The position numbers and the translations under genes are program-made. This document shows, in pieces, positions 41,529 through 54,121 of a stretch of 64,000 nucleotides of DNA (the first letter of the stretch is position 1; each line of letters starts with the position of its first letter). Origin of the DNA: Orbicella franksi. Taxonomy: Eukaryota. The DNA is taken from contig OZ116712.1 of assembly GCA_964199315.1 (NCBI GenBank), positions 18,972,001 to 19,036,000 on the forward strand, in the 5' to 3' direction. The notes beneath the pieces are model-generated. The model ran no database searches. It saw only the letters and a list, made by a program, of their open reading frames with translations, and was not told the origin of the DNA.

Positions 41529-41837
41529 TCAAAATTGACTGATGTACTCAAACAACTTGTCCATGCCTGCCAGCCGCACTTCCATGTCTTCTTTGGCCTT
41601 CTGTCTCTCTACACTATTGCCATATTCCTCATCAATCTTGATCAAACGCCCTCGACACTTTTGCAATCTCAGGATCACCCTCACTATAAGCTTCATCTTT
41701 CTATTTAACAATTCCCGCGCATCCTCAGTCCTAGCGCGTCGCCTCTTGGATTGCACGCGTTCCCACTCGTCACTTAAATGTTCCAACGTCATGTCCACTT
41801 CTGCCACGATGGTGAGGAAACCTCGCGTAATCGTCAT
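41529..41837 (-). CDS. Coiled-coil protein (102 aa)
   Basis: ATG-initiated charged helical ORF, convergent with the nuclease gene. Confidence 0.55.
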   Translation of the reverse strand: MTITRGFLTIVAEVDMTLEHLSDEWERVQSKRRRARTEDARELLNRKMKLIVRVILRLQKCRGRLIKIDEEYGNSVERQKAKEDMEVRLAGMDKLFEYISQF

Positions 41838-41908
41838 TTTGAAACAAAACCAAGCATCGCGCGCCCTCCTCTTTTAATACTCACCTCCACCAATCAACGC
41901 CTTTCTCA

Positions 41909-41943
41909 TGACGTCACCAGAGGGGGGATGGGGGGTACCCCCC
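41909..41943 (+). promoter_or_regulatory. 35-bp promoter-core motif, copy 2
   Basis: TGACGTCACCAGAGGGGGGATGGGGGGTACCCCCC, identical to the reverse complement of 24531-24565. TATTTAAAA lies 37 nt downstream. Confidence 0.7.
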
Positions 41944-42019
41944 TCTACCGGACCCATAAAAAATCACATGACCCGCTCCTATTTAAAAGAAGCGAGCCAT
42001 AGACCATGCTGTAATTATC

Positions 42020-42832
42020 ATGGCTTCCCGACAAAGTCTACGATTGCAAGGTATGGGACCCGAACTCTCTCCGTTCAAAGATGCCTGCTTCATCTGTTTA
42101 TTGGAATTAGACATCCAATCCATCACACGTTGTCGCGTCATGTCCTGTTGCGGCAAATTCTTGCACAAACGCTGCTTCAAAAAGGCCAACGAGCGAAGCT
42201 TCCAATGCGGTCATTGTCGTCGTCCCTGCCTCGAGGATAGTAACGACACCGTCAGCGTTGATGATGATGATCTCCGAGCCAACGAACAGTTGGCGGTCAG
42301 TCCCGACAATCCACCGATTTGGAGGTTACCCGCAGAACTCGAAGGTATCACGCCCTTGGAACATGCCCGAAATGCTATCGCTGATACACGAGCCAGCGCC
42401 ATGGCTCACAACATTCACCAAGAAGGGAGCAGCTCCTGGGACACGCTACCTTTTCGCATTGATCCTCTTGTGTGGTACGTCTTCTGGGTCCAACTGGATT
42501 GGTTCATCTCCACTTCGCCCGATGGTAGAAACCCCATGTTCATTCACGCCTCCGTCAACACCCCCAACGAGCCCACCCCAGAAGTCAGAAAAACCTTTTA
42601 CCAATTGATCAACAGAATCATTCCCGGCGCCGTGTATTGCTGTCTGCAGGAAGTCGTGCACCGAGAACACTTTACTCACATTGCCGACTACGAACGGGAA
42701 GGACGAAGGTACGCTTTTGACAGAAACGAAGTCACCGTCACGAACATTCGTATCACGCGATTTTGGTCACCCGAATACTACCCAGACGCACCCTACACCA
42801 GCGGATTAACCTGGACACAATCTGGATTGTAA
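42020..42832 (+). CDS. RING-finger protein (270 aa)
   Basis: CFIC-x15-CCGKFLHKRC-x10-CGHC. Stop and AATAAA abut the right TIR. Confidence 0.8.
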   Translation: MASRQSLRLQGMGPELSPFKDACFICLLELDIQSITRCRVMSCCGKFLHKRCFKKANERSFQCGHCRRPCLEDSNDTVSVDDDDLRANEQLAVSPDNPPIWRLPAELEGITPLEHARNAIADTRASAMAHNIHQEGSSSWDTLPFRIDPLVWYVFWVQLDWFISTSPDGRNPMFIHASVNTPNEPTPEVRKTFYQLINRIIPGAVYCCLQEVVHREHFTHIADYEREGRRYAFDRNEVTVTNIRITRFWSPEYYPDAPYTSGLTWTQSGL

Positions 42833-42838
42833 ACAAAT

Positions 42839-43077
42839 AAAATTTGAAAACGGATCACGTGGTCTGTCGTCACTTCCGCTCCCCAGCCCCTCACGTCCTG
42901 GCGTCCAACCCCGCGCGGTCCCCTTTTGACCGAGCTCGCCCCAGACCTCGCTAAAAAGCATTAGTGCAACCGCTGACCTGAGCCGAAAATCCTGCACGCT
43001 GATTGGTCCAGACGCGTCACGTGTCCCAAATAACGCGCTCTGATTGGTTGGGTCTCAAACCGCTCCCCTATACTACT
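42839..43077 (-). repeat. Right terminal inverted repeat (239 bp)
   Basis: Ends in ACTACT and is followed by TSD CTAGTT. Confidence 0.97.
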
Positions 43078-44655
43078 CTAGTTTATTCGACACGTAGCTT
43101 AACAGTGGGAATGAAATTCTTTGACGCCTCTTCGCAAGAGACGTGTTAAGAAATCAATTTAATCAGACCGCGATCTGACAACAGAAACACGAACCCGTCA
43201 AGTTGATCGAATGAATACAGGCTCAGAAACAAGGGCACAAACAGACATTTTCATTTTTCTCATTTATCTGCGAAGACAAAACACTGAGATTATTCAGCGG
43301 ATAAATTGAAAAACCGGCCGCTTCAGATGCCGGTAAATGTATTTGTTAATAGAGGACGCTTCTTCGCTGTAAACAAAACAACACGGTGTCCTTGGGCATC
43401 GCAGGAATTAAATTCGGTGTTCAATTAATGTTTGATTGGTCAGGAGTGAGTTTTTTTGCAATCGCTTTTTTCCATGCAAAACAACTCGCAAAATATGGCA
43501 CACGAACCGCTCGAAATAAAGTAAGAACAAGAATTTCAACAGGTATTTTTACCAAGTATAACGGCGTACTATTCTATTCACAAATTTAAACAATAGCCTT
43601 TAAATCTGGCCGGAACTCTGGGTAGACTGATCACTTAATGGACATTACAAACCTTTCTAAAGCGGTAAATACTGCTCCTACGGCTCAGTCCCCTTTCACC
43701 AGTTAAGATCTCTGGTGCGAAGATTTGTACGGAGTTTCTTAGTTTCGACAGCAAGAGATTTTCGTTTGGAGAAGTGACGAAATCATAAGTTTGGCTCTAC
43801 TTGTTCTTAGATCTACGTGACATGTCCCCTTTGTTAAAAGGAATCTAAAATAAGGAAGTCATTAGAGAAACATTTCGACACAAAGCAACCTGGAAATGAT
43901 ACACCAAGCAGAACTGAGTTTTCGTTACCAAATAAAACAGCTCCGAAAGTTCATCCTCGCCTTCTAAAAGAGCATGATCTGCAGTATTTGGAACGGCTGA
44001 CAGAAATAGCGTAGGGAATCGGCTTTACGCACAATCCCAATGCTCCCGGTAAGTACTTTTAAGTACTTGAATTGTGCCGCAAATTTTTAGAAAATTGCCG
44101 CACAATGAGTTGACACCATCACGTTCTAATTACCAGGGCCGAGAAATGTAGAACTTTTAAATTATCTTGACAAAGAGACAGTCAACATGGTCAAGCGCGA
44201 GGTGAGCAAAAAGCGCGAGTTGCGTGTGATGATATAAGAAAAAAGAGGGACTGTCAAGCCTCGTATCCCCTTTAAGTCGCTTGCACTCGAACGAGAAAAG
44301 GGTCGTCTCCTCAACTGTGAGGTCGTGCTGCCCTGGAAGCTACAAAGAAAAAGAAAAGTACAAAGCAAACCTCTCTTCACTCTCTGAAATAATAATTGGT
44401 GAGAAGGGCAAGGTAGAGAAACTTGGGAGTGTTGCGAACTAATAAATTATGGTGTCCCGTGTTGGACACTTTCACTTATGGATACTAACTGTGGGACTCT
44501 ACGTTGGAAAAGTACATCGTCAGACAGCATAAAAGATATTAAAGGGACTAATGGTACACTAATCTCTCAGTTCCCTGGATTTTTCTTCTGCTCAGCTCAG
44601 ATAAATCACATTTAATAATAACAACTGTATTTCATTATTCCAGGCAAACTATTAA

Positions 44656-47600
44656 GAATGGCTGACTGTTAGGATCGAGAAACGCCGGTCAACGTCCCAT
44701 TTGGCAAATCGCTCATATTTTGCCCAAAGATACCCTAAAGTGACCTAATTCTAAAAATCATATTTAAAGGTTCCAGCGAATTTTTATTTTTCAGAAATTC
44801 GCGAAAATTTGAAAGCGCGGTCAAAGTGCGGTTTTTGGTGTAATAAAATGACCGAAACAAGGTGCGAGGACGAAGCGCTGCTAAAGTCTTAAAATAATTT
44901 CAATTGACTTCAAACTTCACACAAATGTGGAACAACCACTCTAATTTATTCCTCGTTTTAAACTAATCTCAGAGATGTCGATATAGTGGTTTTCCGAATC
45001 ATTTTAAAAACACCTATGAAGCGTGTGAAAAATAACGGCAAAATATAGGTCATGTTTAACAGCATCAAAATGCATCTGGTACCTCACTTTCCGATTATTT
45101 TACTTTACAGCCTTAAAATATCATTATTAAGCATATACTATGCCAAGTTTCATGCTCGAACTCGCAGTAGTTCCCTTTGAGAAAAACGAAAATCTATGTC
45201 AATGTGTTGGGCGCAAATAACACAATCATTATACACGAACAAGAGACAAATCAATTTCAACGGTGAAAGTAAAAGGCTGTCATTAATTAAAATCCCGTCA
45301 ATTCACTGCTATCAGTAGAAACATAATGTCCACTACATAAACACTGTTTTTAGACGTTTTAGGAACATTGCGCGTTAACTTTCTTTGATTTCCTGTCCGC
45401 CGTCATGTCTAGTTTGTCATCGCGTGTATTTCGTGTAAACAACACTGTGAATGGTTGTCATAACAAACGCAAGAGATTTCCTGGAACATTAATATTTCGA
45501 TTCAGCAAAACGCTTTAAGTTCGTTAAGACACAATAATGGGCCAACTTGGAATGCTGTTTAGCATTAAGGACGTTAAAGGACTGTAAATTAATCGAGTTG
45601 AAATATCTTGAAGCAAATCAAAATCAAGCCCTTATTCTAATTTGGTAAACAGCCGATCTCTGTTCAAGTTCAAGAAGTCGAGAGGTTAATCCGGCAATGT
45701 ATCACCGGTGCAACAACAAAATCAAACCGAGGTCATCAAAAGTGTAAGTTTAAAAGTGTAGTGGCAAGTTTCAAATAAATTTCGCCTATACAAATTGGAA
45801 GCAAGAAGTGAAACGGTCTGACCCGAAACAAATAAACAAAGTATTAATACGACTAATTTAATCCGAAAATGTTACAGAAAACATACCTAAAAGCCGTCGA
45901 TTCCCCTCAATACCACTCCACATTGCCTTAAAGAGCCCAAGCTTTCTGCTGTAAGAATCATGGGCCTCATGAATCTGTTTTTACTATATCGGCAACCATG
46001 CTTCGGGGCTGATATTCGAGACTTAGTAAAAGTTGTCACACAACCGTACGAGCAGCCCAATCACGCTTTCACTGCTCTTGCGCAAATGTTCAACATTTCG
46101 CGATTTACATAAACGGATTACAAGTTTAAAGTAGTGACAGTAGATTGAAATGTGCTTTTTAAAGCTGTCCTACCCAGGAGCAATTATTTGTTGTTCTTGA
46201 ATGGCTCTTAGGTGTACCTACAGTCCGGCGGAGAGGGGGGAGGGGGTATTCCGGGAAAGGTCGGATATCAGTATGCCGTGGAAGATTAAGTGGTCTCCAA
46301 CTCTTAACGCCAACACTGAAACACCAGATGATTCTCGAAGTATCACAGGGATCACTAAGCTAAATAATTTTGAGTTTAGCTCCGCTGAGTCAATTACCTG
46401 TTGGCGAGCATATTGCATTGACCGTGGACAGGTGGGAAAACAGTTCAAGCGGAAAAGCCCGTTGCACATTGTAATTTAGCGTTGTCCAACACGCAATCGG
46501 TCTGGTTGTAATGCTAATCGTATTTGATAAAATCTCAAGTTTTCTTTCGACACATACTGGGGTGGCATACTACTAGATGGGCGTGGCAGGGAGCCACGAG
46601 TCAAGTCAGTCAACTCCCAAAGCTTAACAGAAGAGTGATAGTGAACCACTGGTGGAGGGACTGCAGATTGTCCCCACGCTTTACCCTGATAGGCCTCTGT
46701 GTTATTCTAATGAACTGATGCTGTTATAATGATACTATCATGATGTAGCTTTATGATCATGCTAATGGTTAAGGTTTCTTTTGCTATTTAGTCAGACATC
46801 GCTCTTTCTGTATTTCTGCTGAAAGCATCGTTCTCTGAAGGAGACTTAAGGTCATTTTCTAAAAAGGTACGAACACTGCAACCTTAACATCAGTGCCATT
46901 GTCAACGGGTGTGACCGAGGAAGCGTCTGCTGATGTTTCCCTGGATAGAGGATAGAAACTATGTACGGCAGGGATGTATTAATGTCTTCAAGGCGGCTGC
47001 ATTCGTGTCTTTCATATGCTGTCTACTTTAGAGAGGCACTTGTCTCTGGAGAAATGTACTCAGTCCGTGGAGAGACATTCCCTTATGACCATAGCCAAAA
47101 TGTGCTACAAACCCTGCTTGGAGCAAGCGTTGGCGCTTAACTCAAAGCCACAATAGGTCACCAAGAAGTCATTGTTGCTCTAAAAGAGGGTTAGGCTTTC
47201 AGGACAGTCAGTGACCAGCAGAAATCGTATCTTATAGCAAAATTCCGCATTGGCCTAAAGAACCTGAAACTGCCTTTGCTACGGTGCGGTTGCGAAGACA
47301 TGGAACTAGATATACCTCTCTCACTCGTGCGCGGAAAAACTCCATCCTCGGCGCTTCTGAAGTATTTTACTAACAACTGCACTTGCCGGAAGTATTCTTA
47401 GGAACTGTCGGTGTTTGGTTTCTTCGATATTTAGCAACATCTCTTGCGGCGGGGGGGTGGGGGGGGGGGGGAGGATCGTTAAATTTTTGTAGGGCGGGAG
47501 CGGGAGTAGAGGAGGAAGACCCTTTAGAGGAAAAACTAACGGCCGAATCGTCTCAACCTCTCTGGAAATGAGGTTGGAATCGTCACCCTTTCCAAATTCG

Positions 47601-49927
47601 CTGAAGCGGTTAATTTACCTTTATCAACTTAAAAACAGATGATCTAATGTAGTTTGTTTCCGACACTGCGTGCAGACGCAGCGCAACAGTGCGTTAACAA
47701 ACTAATCATTCTAGAACATTGGAAAACATAGATATTGCGAACAGCCTCCTTTCCTTAAAATAGCTTTTCACAAAGAACTACTGATTTATGATTCTTTTAC
47801 ACTGAAAAAGAAACCCTTGACCATTAGCGTGTTCATAAAGCTACATAGTATCATTGTAACAGCATCAGTTCATTAGAATAACACAGAGGCCTATCAGGGT
47901 AAAGCGTGGGGACAATCTGCAGTCCCTCCACCAGTGGTTCACTATCACTCTTCTGTTAAGCTTTGGGAGTTGACTGACTTGACTCGTGGCTCCCTGCCAC
48001 GCCCATCTAGTAGTACGTCACCCCAGCACGTGTCGAAAGAAACCTTGAGATTTTATCAGATACGACTAGCATTACAACCAGACCGATTGCGTGTTGGACA
48101 ACGCTAAATTACAATGTGCAACGGGCTTTTCCGCTTGAACTGTTTTCCCACCTGTCCACGGTCAATGCAATATGCTCGCCAACAGGTAATTGACTCAGCG
48201 GAGCTAAACTCAAAATTATTTAGCTTAGTGATCCCTGTGATACTTCGAGAATCATCTGGTGTTTCAGTGTTGGCGTTAAGAGTTGGAGACCACTTAATCT
48301 TCCACGGCATACTGATATCCGACCTTTCCCGGAGTACCCCCTCCCCCCTCTCCGCCGGACTGTAGGTACACCTAAGAGCCATTCAAGAACAACAAATAAT
48401 TGCTCCTGGGTAGGACAGCTTTAAAAAGCACATTTCAATCTACTGTCACTACTTTAAACTTGTAATCCGTTTATGTAAATCGCGAAATGTTGAACATTTG
48501 CGCAAGAGCAGTGAAAGCGTGATTGGGCTGCTCGTACGGTTGTGTGACAACTTTTACTAAGTCTCGAATATCAGCCCCGAAGCATGGTTGCCGATATAGT
48601 AAAAACAGATTCATGAGGCCCATGATTCTTACAGCAGAAAGCTTGGGCTCTTTAAGGCAATGTGGAGTGGTATTGAGGGGTATCGACGGCTTTTAGGTAT
48701 GTTTTCTGTAACATTTTCGGATTAAATTAGTCGTATTAATACTTTGTTTATTTGTTTCGGGTCAGACCGTTTCACTTCTTGCTTCCAATTTGTATAGGCG
48801 AAATTTATTTGAAACTTGCCACTACACTTTTAAACTTACACTTTTGATGACCTCGGTTTGATTTTGTTGTTGCACCGGTGATACATTGCCGGATTAACCT
48901 CTCGACTTCTTGAACTTGAACAGAGATCGGCTGTTTACCAAATTAGAATAAGGGCTTGATTTTGATTTGCTTCAAGATATTTCAACTCGATTAATTTACA
49001 GTCCTTTAACGTCCTTAATGCTAAACAGCATTCCAAGTTGGCCCATTATTGTGTCTTAACGAACTTAAAGCGTTTTGCTGAATCGAAATATTAATGTTCC
49101 AGGAAATCTCTTGCGTTTGTTATGACAACCATTCACAGTGTTGTTTACACGAAATACACGCGATGACAAACTAGACATGACGGCGGACAGGAAATCAAAG
49201 AAAGTTAACGCGCAATGTTCCTAAAACGTCTAAAAACAGTGTTTATGTAGTGGACTTTATGTTTCTACTGATAGCAGTGAATTGACGGGATTTTAATTAA
49301 TGACAGCCTTTTACTTTCACCGTTGAAATTGATTTGTCTCTTGTTCGTGTATAATGATTGTGTTATTTGCGCCCAACACATTGACATAGATTTTCGTTTT
49401 TCTCAAAGGGAACTACTGCGAGTTCGAGCATGAAACTTGGCATAGTATATGCTTAATAATGATATTTTAAGGCTGTAAAGTAAAATAATCGGAAAGTGAG
49501 GTACCAGATGCATTTTGATGCTGTTAAACATGACCTATATTTTGCCGTTATTTTTCACACGCTTCATAGGTGTTTTTAAAATGATTCGGAAAACCACTAT
49601 ATCGACATCTCTGAGATTAGTTTAAAACGAGGAATAAATTAGAGTGGTTGTTCCACATTTGTGTGAAGTTTGAAGTCAATTGAAATTATTTTAAGACTTT
49701 AGCAGCGCTTCGTCCTCGCACCTTGTTTCGGTCATTTTATTACACCAAAAACCGCACTTTGACCGCGCTTTCAAATTTTCGCGAATTTCTGAAAAATAAA
49801 AATTCGCTGGAACCTTTAAATATGATTTTTAGAATTAGGTCACTTTAGGGTATCTTTGGGCAAAATATGAGCGATTTGCCAAATGGGACGTTGACCGGCG
49901 TTTCTCGATCCTTACAGTCAGCCATTC
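44656..49927. mobile_element. Foldback-type DNA element, about 2.1-kb inverted arms, TTAA-flanked (Kolobok-like by termini)
   Basis: TTAA|GAATGGCTGACTG ... CAGTCAGCCATTC|TTAA. Arms 44656-~46780 and ~47807-49927 are near-identical reverse complements around a ~1-kb spacer. No intact transposase. Confidence 0.8.
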
Positions 49928-50990
49928 TTAAGATTTAAATCCTCAAAATTATGCATGAAAGTATAATTTAATGAGCTTGACTGTTAGTTCCCAATGAAAC
50001 ACCCGGAGAGTAAATTCTCACAGAACCACAGCCTAAAGAGGCTAAGCTGCTCTGCTGCTTCAGGGATTAAACCAAACAATGTCATTTGGGTGTCAATACA
50101 ATTAAGATTTAAAACCTCAAAATTATGCATGAAAGTATATTTAAATAAGCTTGACTGTTAGTTCCCAAAGAAACACCCGGAGAATGAATTCTCACAGAAC
50201 CACAGCCTGAAGAGGCTAAGCTGCTCTGCTGCTTCAGGGATTGAGCCAAACAATATCATTTGGGTGTCAATTAAATAATTTAAGATTTAAATCCTCAAAA
50301 TTATGCATAAAAGTATAATTTAATGAGCTTGACTGTTAGTTCCCAGTGAAACACCCGGAGAATAAATTCTCACAGAACCACAGCCTAAAGAGGCTAAGCT
50401 GCTCTGCTGCTTCAGGGATTGAGCCAAACAATATCATTTGGGTGTCAATACAATTACTGTAAGATTTAAATCCTCAACTTTATGCATGAAAGTATATTTA
50501 AATGAGCTTGACTGTTAGTTCCCAATGAAACACCCGGAGAATAAATTCTCACAGAACCACAGCCTAAAGAGGCTAAGCTGCTCTGCTGCTTCAGGGATTA
50601 AGCTAAACAATATTGTTTTGGTATCGAAACAATTAAGATTTAAATCATTGATCAAAAATTATGTATTAATGTTTAATTTCAGTAAGCCTGACTTTTTCTT
50701 CCCAATGAAACACCCGGAGAATGAATTCTCACAGAACCACAGCCTAAAGAGGCTAAGCTGCTCTGCTGCTTCAGGGATTAAGCCAAACCAATATCATTTA
50801 GGTGTCAACACAATTAAAATTTAAATCCTCAAAATTATGCCTGAAAGTATATTTAAATAAGCTTGACGGTTTGTTCCACATGAAACAGACGGAGAATAAA
50901 TTCTCACAGAACCACAGCCTAGAGAGGCTAAGCTGCTCTCTTGCTTCAGGGATGAGGCTTAACAATATTTGGTGCCAAATCAAAATTAAA
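49928..50990. repeat. Tandem satellite, 6 units of about 173-181 bp
   Basis: Units start at about 49928, 50102, 50280, 50460, 50633 and 50814 (TTAAGATTTAAATCCTC...CACAGAACCACAGCCTAAAGAGGCTAAGCTGCTC...). Confidence 0.93.
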
Positions 50991-52029
50991 TTCTCAAGTT
51001 TAGTAATATTTCAATAATCAATTAGTAATCAATTAGTAATAAAATGAACATTTAAGATATTTTTAAGTGTATCTAGTGGTCAAAATTCAATGGATGTGTA
51101 ACCTTGAATAGGCAGGGCAAAAAAAAATGCTTAATTTAGCCATTACGTAGTGTTTGAAACTACACTCGCTGTGACACTTGTGTTTTAGTGACAATGACAT
51201 CAATAGACTTACTCGCTGTGATGCAATGAGGATTTACACTCACTTCATTTTTAGCTGAGGATCGATCCTAGGACCATTTAGCATTTTTCAAACTCTTTCA
51301 AGGCTTCCAACGCTTGTTTAACCAGACTTGCTTCGACATTGCAGGACTTGAACACGCTTTATATTTTCTGGTGAAGGTGGCGGCGTCTCGAGCAAGTAGG
51401 CGGAAATCTCACCAGTTCCCGCCATTTCATCGATTGGAAGGGAATTTATCAAAGTTTGATTATTTTGAACTCCACTGAAACGATCATTCATCGCCTTGTA
51501 GATTTTTACCGTCGAATTGGGTTAGCAAGAATGTCAGAACTAGTGGAAACCGACCGTATACCTTTCCTTTCCGAGCCAAACCATCGAGGTCCATCGACCT
51601 TGGCGCCAAATGTGATCGATTTGGTAAGGTCGGTGCGAACTTCAACAATACCATGGATAAACTGTTCTTGCTACGGTAGTTATAGGATTCGGTCTGTAAG
51701 ACAATTCACTCGAAATTGCGTCCGGTTTGCGTAGTATCCGAACACTTGTGAATACGGATAATAGTTCACATACGACCATTCTCTCCGGCGCTCAATCTTA
51801 AATGCTATTATCGCTGTCATAATAATTAACCATTCGCAATGCATGACTATTTTTTGTCCGGTCTTCTTCTTTTACTCTTGCGTTGAGATGCGTGACAGGT
51901 CGATTACCGCAAACTACAAAGCGATGACAGAATTTTCGATCTCGTAACACAACCCACCGGAAATTATAACCCATACCCTGCTGCGAATTTCAGAATCGCA
52001 TGAATCTCGTCATGTTCATTTACTTTCAC

Positions 52030-54121
52030 GATGTGAGAAACTGAAATAAAGTGTAAGTTAAGTGAAACTGTAATATGCCTTCAGTTATCACTGTTGCTCG
52101 AGGAGCGAATTGTTTTGTTTACTTTTAAGAGAAATTTGCGAGCCAAAGGTGAAATCCATAAACTAATAACAACAGAACGAAAGCAATGTTTCCTTTGTAC
52201 TGAGCAAACAATAATCTTTGTTGTATTTGTTCCTTTACAACTTCGCTCATAGATCTTACAAACATGGTTTTTATTTTCGGCTCATGAACTCGAGTAATGA
52301 CCGGAAGGAGTGCACCAAAGCGAGAACACCCTCGCGGGTTACTACAAGCGAGGAAAAGGAAAGAGCGCCTGCAAGAGAGGGACAGGGAAATTCATTTCCT
52401 TCCCCGAACATCGCTCAAACTCGCGCCATATTATTCCTCAAGCGCTTGCTATGCAGATAATGAAAACGGAGAAACTAACAAACTGTTAATTAACGAATGA
52501 AGACCTTATCGAAGAGCATAACATGAACCTTGGTTTGATTTCTCTCGTTCTTCTGTTTACTTGCGTTTCCGGGATGGAAACGTGTATCGTTGTAAGGATT
52601 GTAGACGAGTATAGCTTACTACTAAAGTAACCTATAAATAACAAGCCACAAGGCAAGACACAAAAGTATATTTGACGGCTAGCGGCTAAAAATAGTGAGG
52701 TTTTGTCCCTTAGTGAGGCCAGAAGCATGGATTTACGCCCCTTAGCGAGCCGACGAGCATCCATCCCCGACTATTTCACATGAAAGCCCCCTCCGATCCA
52801 CCACGCGGAAAGCGAGCCAAACTCCAGATTAAGCAGTCCGGTATAAGCAGTGGGCAATGACAGTGTGGACAATTGATGGGGAAGTTCCCCCACCCCCCCC
52901 CCCCGACATTTTACTGTTGTAGTGCCTCTCGTCACACAGGAGTGTACCACCATGCACCAAACTGTTGGGACAAACTAAGAAAATGTTGGGAGGAAAGTAA
53001 CCTGTGTTGGACTAGCATCCAATCCGGGGGAAGCCGCAATACTCTTGACTGCTTTATACCACGCAAGTCAGGATAAGTTCCAGCAGTGTTGGTCAGTTTG
53101 GCTAAAGTGTGACATCACTCCATTATTAACTGAAAATAGCTCACTATTTCAGTGTGGTCAGCTGTTACAAATCACAACAGCTCTTAATTCAAACTTGCTA
53201 CTGATTTTCACCGTCCAAAGAAAAAGATCGATATCAAATTTCTTCTTAATGAGTCACAATATTTCTTTAAATAATTTTGAGAGAATCTGGGTTTTAGTCA
53301 AACGCTTTTAACTGTGATGATTGAGTCTTGTATTCCCATAACGTGTCTTCTTACATTTGCCATAAGATGGTAAGGAGAAATGAGGCTTTCATCACAGGCA
53401 GAGATAAAACGGAAAGATTTTAGAGGATGTATAACATGCCATTGCCATATGAAAATTACAGTCCATAATGACATAAGTTGGTAAGGAGAAATGAGGCTTT
53501 CATCACAGCCGGAGATGAAACGGAGGATGGATAAGATGTCATTGCAATATAAAAATTACAGTCCATAATGACATAAGTAGTTTTGATCATAATAGACTGC
53601 CCAGCAGCATTTTTCCTCTCGTGAGAGATCGACGCGCGGCGTGCGAACCAGCTCACGAGGGACGCGTGACTCGCAGATAATCGCGAGTCTTCGCGAGTCC
53701 GTGAAAGATTGTAAGTTCAAACCATTGCTTGAAGTTCTGTCTGACCAACAGACCCTAACAAAATGAGCTGTCCATCGTTTGCGCGTGATCAAAACAAATG
53801 AAGCCTATTCGGACAGAAAGGAATTGAAAGACAGACTCCAAAGAATTTCTCTTTTGCTCTGATCAGTGTTTTAGTGACATATCTGATCAACGAGCTTAAA
53901 CGGAGTGCCTCAGGGTCACATTCTTAGGAATCAGTATCCAAGACAAAATGACAAAGGCTCTTTAAAGCAACGTTCCATGATTGGTTTGAACAATGGAAAA
54001 GATTAGCATGACAAACAGCCACGTTTCCAAGAAGAGCTAAAAAAAGAAAGTCACAAGACTTCATTGTTTCGAGTTGAGTTCCGCGAAAACCTTGCTTTAC
54101 TCGCTTCTTGCTGAACACGAC
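52030..54121 (+). repeat. Segmental duplication: upstream block of TRIM-NHL unit 2
   Basis: Similar to 57425-59420, 6550-8751 and 62815-64000. Boundaries approximate. Confidence 0.78.

Larger units (their letters stand above)
20049..43077. mobile_element. Maverick/Polinton (adintovirus-like endogenous dsDNA virus), 23,029 bp, apparently intact
   Basis: AGTAGT...ACTACT termini, 239-bp TIRs, 6-bp TSD CTAGTT (20043-20048, 43078-43083), and a full core gene set with open frames. Visibly more GC-rich than the flanks. Confidence 0.98.

Noticed and set aside
44160-44390. Coding-looking stretch (..KREVSKKRELRV..)
   Set aside because: Interrupted by a stop, no start or splice support, and no recognisable family.
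47450-47472. Long G/C homopolymers (also near 6281, 52890, 59240, 60147)
   Set aside because: Common slippage tracts inside repeats, with no independent evidence of function.
46781-47806. Spacer of the foldback as a gene
   Set aside because: Only stop-interrupted frames with no recognisable domain. It may be a captured pseudogene fragment but cannot be named.
44652-49931. piggyBac assignment for the TTAA element
   Set aside because: Ends are GA...TC, not the CC[CT] termini typical of piggyBac, and there is no piggyBac transposase.
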